Assembly (NCBI GenBank): GCA_043814605.1
Contig: JBDRJV010000007.1
Location: 195,354-259,353 of the forward strand
Direction of reading: 5' to 3'
DNA length: 64,000 nucleotides
From: Candidatus Omnitrophota bacterium
Lineage (GTDB): Bacteria; Omnitrophota; Gorgyraeia; B26-G9
Shown here: piece after piece, positions 58,347 through 64,000 of the stretch
Numbering within the stretch: the first letter of the stretch is position 1
Layout: every line of letters starts with the position of its first letter
Position numbers and translations under genes: made by a program
Notes under the pieces: model-generated
What the model saw: the letters and a program-made list of their open reading frames with translations, nothing else
Databases searched by the model: none
What the model was told of the DNA's origin: nothing

Positions 58347-59567
58347 ATGAAAGTAGTTAAATTTACAGGAAAAACTTTGGAAAAAATTTATGGACGTTTA
58401 GCGCGACGAAAAATCCGGGTAAAAAAAACAGTAGAAAAAATTATTCAGGATGTTAGTTTAAAAGGCGATGATGCTTTAATTAGTTATACGAAAAAGCTGG
58501 ATAAAGTTGAGTTAACGGCAAAACAAATTGTGGTTACTGAGTCAGAAATAAACGGGGCTTACCAGAATATTGATTCAGAATTTATCGCAAGTTTAAAATT
58601 AGCAATCAATAATGTCACTAATTTTTATAAAAAAGAGGTGGCTAAGTCTTGGAAAATGAAAGGTGAGGATGGCGTTACTTTAGGGGAAATACTTAATCCC
58701 ATTGAAAAGGTTGGGATCTATGTGCCCGGCGGTACAGCGCCTCTGGTTTCTTCCGTTTATATGAGTGTGCTTCCGGCTAAAATCGCCGGCGTTAATAAAG
58801 TTTATTTAACTACACCTCCCGGCCCTGACGGTGAAGTAAACCCTTATATTTTAGCTGTCGCTAATTTATTAAAGGTGGATGCTGTTTTTAAACTAGGCGG
58901 TGCCCAGGCAATCGCAGCCATGGCTTTTGGAACAAAAAGTGTACCTAAGGTGGATAAGATTGTGGGGCCAGGAAATGACTATGTTACGGAAGCAAAAAGA
59001 CAAGTATTTGGCTACTGTGATATTGATATGCTGGCTGGACCGAGTGAGGTAGTGATTATTGCTAATAATTTTGCTAGCCCCGTTCACGTAATCGCAGATT
59101 TACAGGCTCAGGCTGAACATAAATTAGGGATTGGCATCTTAATCACAAACTCTAAAAAGCTAGCGCGCATTGTCCGAAAAGAAGTCAGTGATGGCTATAT
59201 TATTATGGTTAAAAATATTGACGAAGCCATGGATGTATCTAATAAAATTGCCCCCGAACATCTGCAATTAATTGTCAGACAACCGCAAAAAATATTAAAG
59301 AAAATTAAAAATGCCGGGGCAGTTTTTGTCGGGCCTTATTCACCTGTGGTTGTCGGTGATTATATATCTGGACCAAGCCATGTTCTGCCCACATCCGGAA
59401 CAGCAAGATTTTTTTCCGGACTAGGAGTTCACGATTTTATGAAAAGCACACACTTTATAAGCTATGACAAGAAAGCTTTAGAAAAAGTGGCTCCGGCAAT
59501 AGAAAAAATTGCGGCTTTAGAAGGCATGAAAAAACATATACAATCATTAAAAGTGCGATTTGAATAG
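58347..59567 (+). CDS. hisD: Histidinol dehydrogenase
   Basis: YVPGG, GGAQAIAA, GPGN.YV, AGPSE, APEHL, GPSHVLPT. Confidence 0.96.
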   Translation: MKVVKFTGKTLEKIYGRLARRKIRVKKTVEKIIQDVSLKGDDALISYTKKLDKVELTAKQIVVTESEINGAYQNIDSEFIASLKLAINNVTNFYKKEVAKSWKMKGEDGVTLGEILNPIEKVGIYVPGGTAPLVSSVYMSVLPAKIAGVNKVYLTTPPGPDGEVNPYILAVANLLKVDAVFKLGGAQAIAAMAFGTKSVPKVDKIVGPGNDYVTEAKRQVFGYCDIDMLAGPSEVVIIANNFASPVHVIADLQAQAEHKLGIGILITNSKKLARIVRKEVSDGYIIMVKNIDEAMDVSNKIAPEHLQLIVRQPQKILKKIKNAGAVFVGPYSPVVVGDYISGPSHVLPTSGTARFFSGLGVHDFMKSTHFISYDKKALEKVAPAIEKIAALEGMKKHIQSLKVRFE

Positions 59568-59612
59568 TAAAACAGTAAAAAAAATAATTTTTAAATTGTG
59601 AGGAATTAAAAT

Positions 59613-60251
59613 ATGGGCAAACAAAATAGTAAAAAAAGACTTTCCGCAATAAAAAGAAAAACTAATGAAGTTGATATACGCGGTAAACTTAATCTTGATG
59701 GAAAAGGAAAAGCTAAAATAATTACGGGATTTGAACCTTTAAATCATTTGTTAACACTATTTACATTCCACGGTTTCTTTGATCTGCAAATTGAAGCAGC
59801 TGGAGATTTACCACATCATGTCATAGAGGACATCGGCATAGCTTTGGGAAAGGCATTTAAAGAAGCTTTGGGGCAAAAAGATGGGATTAATCGTTACGGT
59901 TGTTTTACTGTTGTCATGGATAAAGTTGCCGTGGAAGCAGCTCTGGATATTAGCGGGCGGCCTTCTTTACACGGAATTTGTATCCCTAACTCTCTTAATA
60001 ATCTCCAAAATCGTTTAGACAAAGAAACATTCGATAATACAGATTTTACATTTAAACATGCCCTTGAATTTTTAGAATCTTTTCTGCAGCATGCGGGTTT
60101 TAATTTAGTTTACACCATTAAATCGGGAGAAGGAGATTTGCATCATATTTTAGAAGCCTTATTTAAAGCATTGGGCAAGGCCTTAGATCAGGCAACACAG
60201 ATTGACCTAAGACGTAAAGGTATTCCTTCAACCAAAGGGATTATTGATTAA
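59613..60251 (+). CDS. hisB: Imidazoleglycerol-phosphate dehydratase
   Basis: HHVIEDIG, DISGRP, HHILEALFKA, PSTKG. Confidence 0.93.
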   Translation: MGKQNSKKRLSAIKRKTNEVDIRGKLNLDGKGKAKIITGFEPLNHLLTLFTFHGFFDLQIEAAGDLPHHVIEDIGIALGKAFKEALGQKDGINRYGCFTVVMDKVAVEAALDISGRPSLHGICIPNSLNNLQNRLDKETFDNTDFTFKHALEFLESFLQHAGFNLVYTIKSGEGDLHHILEALFKALGKALDQATQIDLRRKGIPSTKGIID

Positions 60252-61014
60252 ACGTATGCAGATACTACCGGCAATTGACATCAGAGACGGCAAAGTTGTC
60301 CGTTTATTACAGGGTGATTATGCCCGGGAAACCGTCTATCATCAAGATCCTTTGGAAGTTGCGAAAATTTGGGTTCAAGCCGGGGCAGAAATAATTCATA
60401 TTGTTGACTTAGACGGAGCGCGTACCGGTATTTTAAAGAATTTAGCGATCGTTAAAAATATCGTAAAAAAATTAAAAGTAAAAGTGCATTTAGGCGGCGG
60501 AGTACGCAGCATTGAAAATATAAAAACAATATTAAACGCGGATATTCACCGCGTGATTGTGGGAACAAAGGTTTTCACTGACCCGGATTTTTTAGTTAAC
60601 ATAACTACCGACCCTGTATTAAGAGAAAATTTGGACCGGATTATTATTGGGCTAGATTGCCGTAAAATCAAAGAGAATTATTTTTTAGCGCATAGCGGAT
60701 GGACGCAAGAAACAAAATTAGATATTTTTGATTATCTAAAAAAAATTGAAAAAGTAAATATTGCGATGGTTCTGGTAACAGATATCAGCCGTGACGGGAT
60801 GCTCAAGGGGCCAAACATAGAGTTTTTAAAATTAATATTGAATGCGACGAAAATTAATATTATCGCTTCCGGCGGGATTACTTCATTAGAAGACATAAAA
60901 CAGTTAATAAATTTAAATACGGCATCCCGGGGGAAGATTTATGGAATAATCATCGGTAAGGCTTTGTACGAAAATAAATTAACTCTTAGGGAGGCAATAA
61001 ATTGTGAAAGTTAA
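60244..61014 (+). CDS. hisA: ProFAR isomerase
   Basis: [41 protein letters not shown]. Confidence 0.95.
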   Translation: MIKRMQILPAIDIRDGKVVRLLQGDYARETVYHQDPLEVAKIWVQAGAEIIHIVDLDGARTGILKNLAIVKNIVKKLKVKVHLGGGVRSIENIKTILNADIHRVIVGTKVFTDPDFLVNITTDPVLRENLDRIIIGLDCRKIKENYFLAHSGWTQETKLDIFDYLKKIEKVNIAMVLVTDISRDGMLKGPNIEFLKLILNATKINIIASGGITSLEDIKQLINLNTASRGKIYGIIIGKALYENKLTLREAINCES

Positions 61015-61369
61015 GAAACCAAAAACAAAAAAAATTACTTTAAAAAATCTAAAATCAATCAATGATTTAAAATTTGATAAAAATGGCCTAATTCCGGCAG
61101 TTATTCAAGATTCTCAGAATAAGGACGTATTAATGGTTGCTTATATGAATAAAATTTCATTGCAGAAAACTATGGCTTGTGGTTTAGCAACTTACTGGTC
61201 TCGTTCGAGAAAATGTTTATGGCTCAAAGGTGAAACTTCGGGTCATTTTCAAAAAGTAAAAAAGATTTACTATGATTGTGATAAGGATACTTTATTAATC
61301 CAAGTTATTCAATTTGGTGTAGCTTGTCATACGGGTGAATACTCCTGTTTTTTTACCCGAATGGGATAG
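61004..61369 (+). CDS. hisI: Phosphoribosyl-AMP cyclohydrolase
   Basis: WSRSR..LW.KGETSG, DCD.D, ACHTG..SCF. Confidence 0.95.
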   Translation: MKVKKPKTKKITLKNLKSINDLKFDKNGLIPAVIQDSQNKDVLMVAYMNKISLQKTMACGLATYWSRSRKCLWLKGETSGHFQKVKKIYYDCDKDTLLIQVIQFGVACHTGEYSCFFTRMG

Positions 61370-61375
61370 GAAATT

Positions 61376-62890
61376 ATGTTTTACCCCAATTTTAATGATT
61401 TTTTAAAATTAAGTAAAAAAGGCAATTTAATTCCGGTATACAGAGAATTATTAGCGGATTTAGAAACTCCGGTTTCTGCATTTATGAAAATTGATACCGG
61501 TAAATATTCTTACTTACTGGAATCTGTTGAAGGCGGCGAGAAAATCGGCCGTTATTCAATTTTAGGCTCTAATCCATCGCTGATCATAAAAAGCAAAGGG
61601 AGAAAAGTGGAAATACTTATAAGAGAAGGCAAAAAATTAAAAAAAACCCGTTTTATTGCCGAAGTGGACCCTTTAGATGAAATTAGAAAAATTATCGCTA
61701 AATATAAATTTGTTAATGTTAGCGGATTGCCCCGTTTTTGCGGCGGATTAGTTGGATATTTAGGCTATGACACTGTACGTTTTTTTGAAAATATTCCGGA
61801 TAAAAATAAAAATGATTTAAAATTAGATGATCTAATTTTTGTCTTAACTAATACGATTTTAATTTTTGATCATATCGCCCACAAAATCAAAATTGTATCC
61901 AACATTCACTTAGATAAAATTAAAGGTAAAAAAAGCAAGGCTAAACTGGCAAAACTTTATAAAGATTCTATTAAAGAAATTAATAAATTAGCGCATCAAT
62001 TGGAAAAACCGCTCAAACATTCAAAATCTAAATCTAAATTTAAAAATAAAAATATTACTGTCCAGTCAAATATAAGTAAAACTGCCTTTAAAAAAGCTGT
62101 CGCCTGCGCTAAAGAGTATATCAGAGCTGGCGATATTATTCAAACAGTACTTTCGCAAAGGTTTCAGGTTAAAATTAATATTCCGCATTTCGAATTATAC
62201 CGGGCATTAAGAATCGTTAATCCCTCACCCTATATGTATTATTTAAAATTTGATAAAATTAAGCTAATCGGAGCATCGCCTGAGGTTATGGTGCGTTGTG
62301 AATCAGAACTGGCACAGGTCAGGCCGATTGCGGGAACGCGTAAACGCGGCAGGAACGAGGAAGAAGATAAAACGCTGATTAATGATTTACTTAATGATCC
62401 CAAGGAATTAGCTGAGCATATTATGCTGGTTGATTTAGGCCGTAATGATTTAGGCCGGGTATGTAGATTTGGCAGTGTAAAAGTTACTGAATTAATGAAT
62501 ATTGAAAAATATTCACATGTAATGCATATTGTCAGTAATGTTGAAGGAATAATAAAAAGAGGAAAAGATGGATTTGATGTTTTAAAATCTACTTTTCCTG
62601 CCGGGACTGTAAGTGGTGCGCCAAAAATCAGGGCCATGGAAATTATTGATGAATTAGAAAATGTACGGCGTGGTCCGTATGCTGGTTGCGTGGGTTATTT
62701 TAGTTTCTCCGGCAATCTGGATACTTGTATTACGATAAGAACAATCGTCATTTCCGGCCAGAATGCTTATGTTCAGGCAGGGGCAGGAATTGTCGCTGAT
62801 TCCGATCCGGAAAGAGAGTTCCAGGAAACAGTAAATAAAGCAAAAGCATTATTAAAATCTATTGCGATTGCGCAGAAGGGACTGCAATGA
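61376..62890 (+). CDS. trpE: Anthranilate synthase component I
   Basis: LLES, NPSPYMY, PIAGT, EHIMLVDLGRND, GAPKIRAM. Confidence 0.96.
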   Translation: MFYPNFNDFLKLSKKGNLIPVYRELLADLETPVSAFMKIDTGKYSYLLESVEGGEKIGRYSILGSNPSLIIKSKGRKVEILIREGKKLKKTRFIAEVDPLDEIRKIIAKYKFVNVSGLPRFCGGLVGYLGYDTVRFFENIPDKNKNDLKLDDLIFVLTNTILIFDHIAHKIKIVSNIHLDKIKGKKSKAKLAKLYKDSIKEINKLAHQLEKPLKHSKSKSKFKNKNITVQSNISKTAFKKAVACAKEYIRAGDIIQTVLSQRFQVKINIPHFELYRALRIVNPSPYMYYLKFDKIKLIGASPEVMVRCESELAQVRPIAGTRKRGRNEEEDKTLINDLLNDPKELAEHIMLVDLGRNDLGRVCRFGSVKVTELMNIEKYSHVMHIVSNVEGIIKRGKDGFDVLKSTFPAGTVSGAPKIRAMEIIDELENVRRGPYAGCVGYFSFSGNLDTCITIRTIVISGQNAYVQAGAGIVADSDPEREFQETVNKAKALLKSIAIAQKGLQ

Positions 62891-63471
62891 TTCTTTTTAT
62901 TGATAATTATGATTCATTTACCTATAACTTGGTGCAGTATTTTGGGCAATTAAAGCAACCTCTTAAAGTTGTACGAAATGATAAAATTAGTTTACACCAA
63001 TTAAAAAAAATAAATCCGTCACATATTGTAATTTCTCCTGGGCCATGTACTCCGCATGAGGCCGGGATGTCTTGTGCGATTATCAAAGAGTTTGCGCCGA
63101 GCATTCCGATGTTAGGGGTTTGTTTAGGCCACCAGTGCATCGCGGAAAGTTTTGGCGCAAAAATAGTTCGGGCTAAAGAATTAATGCACGGAAAAACATC
63201 TAAAATATTTCATGACCAAAAAGGGTTGTTTACAGGAATTCCTAATCCCTTTGTTGCTACAAGATACCATTCCTTAGTGATTAAAGAAAACACTTTACCC
63301 CCTGAGCTAAAAATAACCGCACGTACTAAGGATGGAACAATTATGGGTATTGAACATAAAAGTTTCGCTTTATTCGGTGTGCAATTTCATCCGGAATCTA
63401 TTTTAACCAAAGAAGGCATGGCGTTATTAAAAAATTTCCTAAAAATTTCAAATCAGAGGCGGCGCAAATGA
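62887..63471 (+). CDS. trpG: Anthranilate synthase component II (glutamine amidotransferase)
   Basis: IDNYDSFT, SPGP, GVCLGHQ, RYHSL, QFHPES. Confidence 0.94.
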   Translation: MILFIDNYDSFTYNLVQYFGQLKQPLKVVRNDKISLHQLKKINPSHIVISPGPCTPHEAGMSCAIIKEFAPSIPMLGVCLGHQCIAESFGAKIVRAKELMHGKTSKIFHDQKGLFTGIPNPFVATRYHSLVIKENTLPPELKITARTKDGTIMGIEHKSFALFGVQFHPESILTKEGMALLKNFLKISNQRRRK

Positions 63472-64000
63472 TACAAGAAGGTTTGCATCAGGTTGTTAAT
63501 GGAAAAAATTTATCCCAAACTACAATGGAAAAAATTTTTACCGAAATTATGCAGGGCAAGGCTACCTCTGCTCAAATTGCCGCATTTATCACCGCTTTAA
63601 GAATTAAAGGGGAAACAATAGAAGAAATTACCGGGGCAGCTTTTGTTATGCGTAAATTTGCAATAAAAATTAACATTGCCGATTCTGTAGTTTTAGATAC
63701 ATGTGGTACAGGCGGTTCCGGAAAACATGTTTTTAATGTTTCTACATTATCCGCTTTAATTTGTGCCGCGTGTGGAGTTAAAGTTGCAAAACACGGCAAT
63801 CGCAGTGTTTCCAGTAAATCCGGCAGTGCTGATTTACTGGAAAAACTCGGGGTGAATATTAGTGCTGCCCCGCAGATAATGGAAAAATGTATAAATGATA
63901 TTAATATTGGTTTTTTATTCGCTCCCTGTTTTCATACGGCAATGAAGTACGCTCTTGGGCCAAGAAAGGAAATTGGCATAAGAACAATATTCAATGTTTT
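63468..64000 (+). CDS. trpD: Anthranilate phosphoribosyltransferase (partial, runs off window)
   Basis: ATG 63468; DTCGTGG, FNVST, KHGNRSVSSKSGSAD. Confidence 0.95.
   Translation, partial: MIQEGLHQVVNGKNLSQTTMEKIFTEIMQGKATSAQIAAFITALRIKGETIEEITGAAFVMRKFAIKINIADSVVLDTCGTGGSGKHVFNVSTLSALICAACGVKVAKHGNRSVSSKSGSADLLEKLGVNISAAPQIMEKCINDINIGFLFAPCFHTAMKYALGPRKEIGIRTIFNV

Noticed and set aside
805-63799. Numerous short antisense or nested ORFs in the ORF track (e.g. 805..1305, 15161..15598, 34200..34637, 62239..62637)
   Set aside because: They are shadows of well-supported genes on the opposite strand or in another frame, with no motifs or RBS.

Overview
AT-rich (roughly one-third GC) chromosomal window of a diderm bacterium. 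Gene content and style suggest a PVC-superphylum lineage such as Omnitrophota (inference only). Most of it is ordinary housekeeping: rpe, pgm, lepA-lepB, pgsA-der-plsY-gpsA, tRNA-Pro(GGG), hom-thrC, kdsA-D-C-lptB-hpf-PTS, metK-ahcY-fba, lptFG, comF, recA-recX-alaS, his and trp genes. Three accessory loci stand out. (1) At 1-5884 a type II secretion/type IV pilus-like operon runs through overlapping genes into a gingipain-family (C25) protease with a CFI-box-type C-terminus and a PorV-like beta-barrel. (2) At 20.2-27.6 kb a strong promoter, an unusually expanded c-di-GMP-I (GEMM) riboswitch with ON-switch terminator geometry and an unannotated 56-codon ORF precede a 2287-aa exported, acidic YD/RHS-like repeat protein. 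That protein has a four-unit super-repeat, dockerin-like Ca-binding inserts and no toxin tip. (3) At 39.5-41.3 kb there is an integrase-less integron cassette array (promoter, attI-like site, one clear attC, two secreted-protein cassettes, a RAYT remnant) flanked by 7-bp repeats and a structured element. Also seen: a 1-nt frameshift in plsY, a catalytically degenerate HtrA between recA and recX, and an IS200/IS605-type miniature element upstream of comF.
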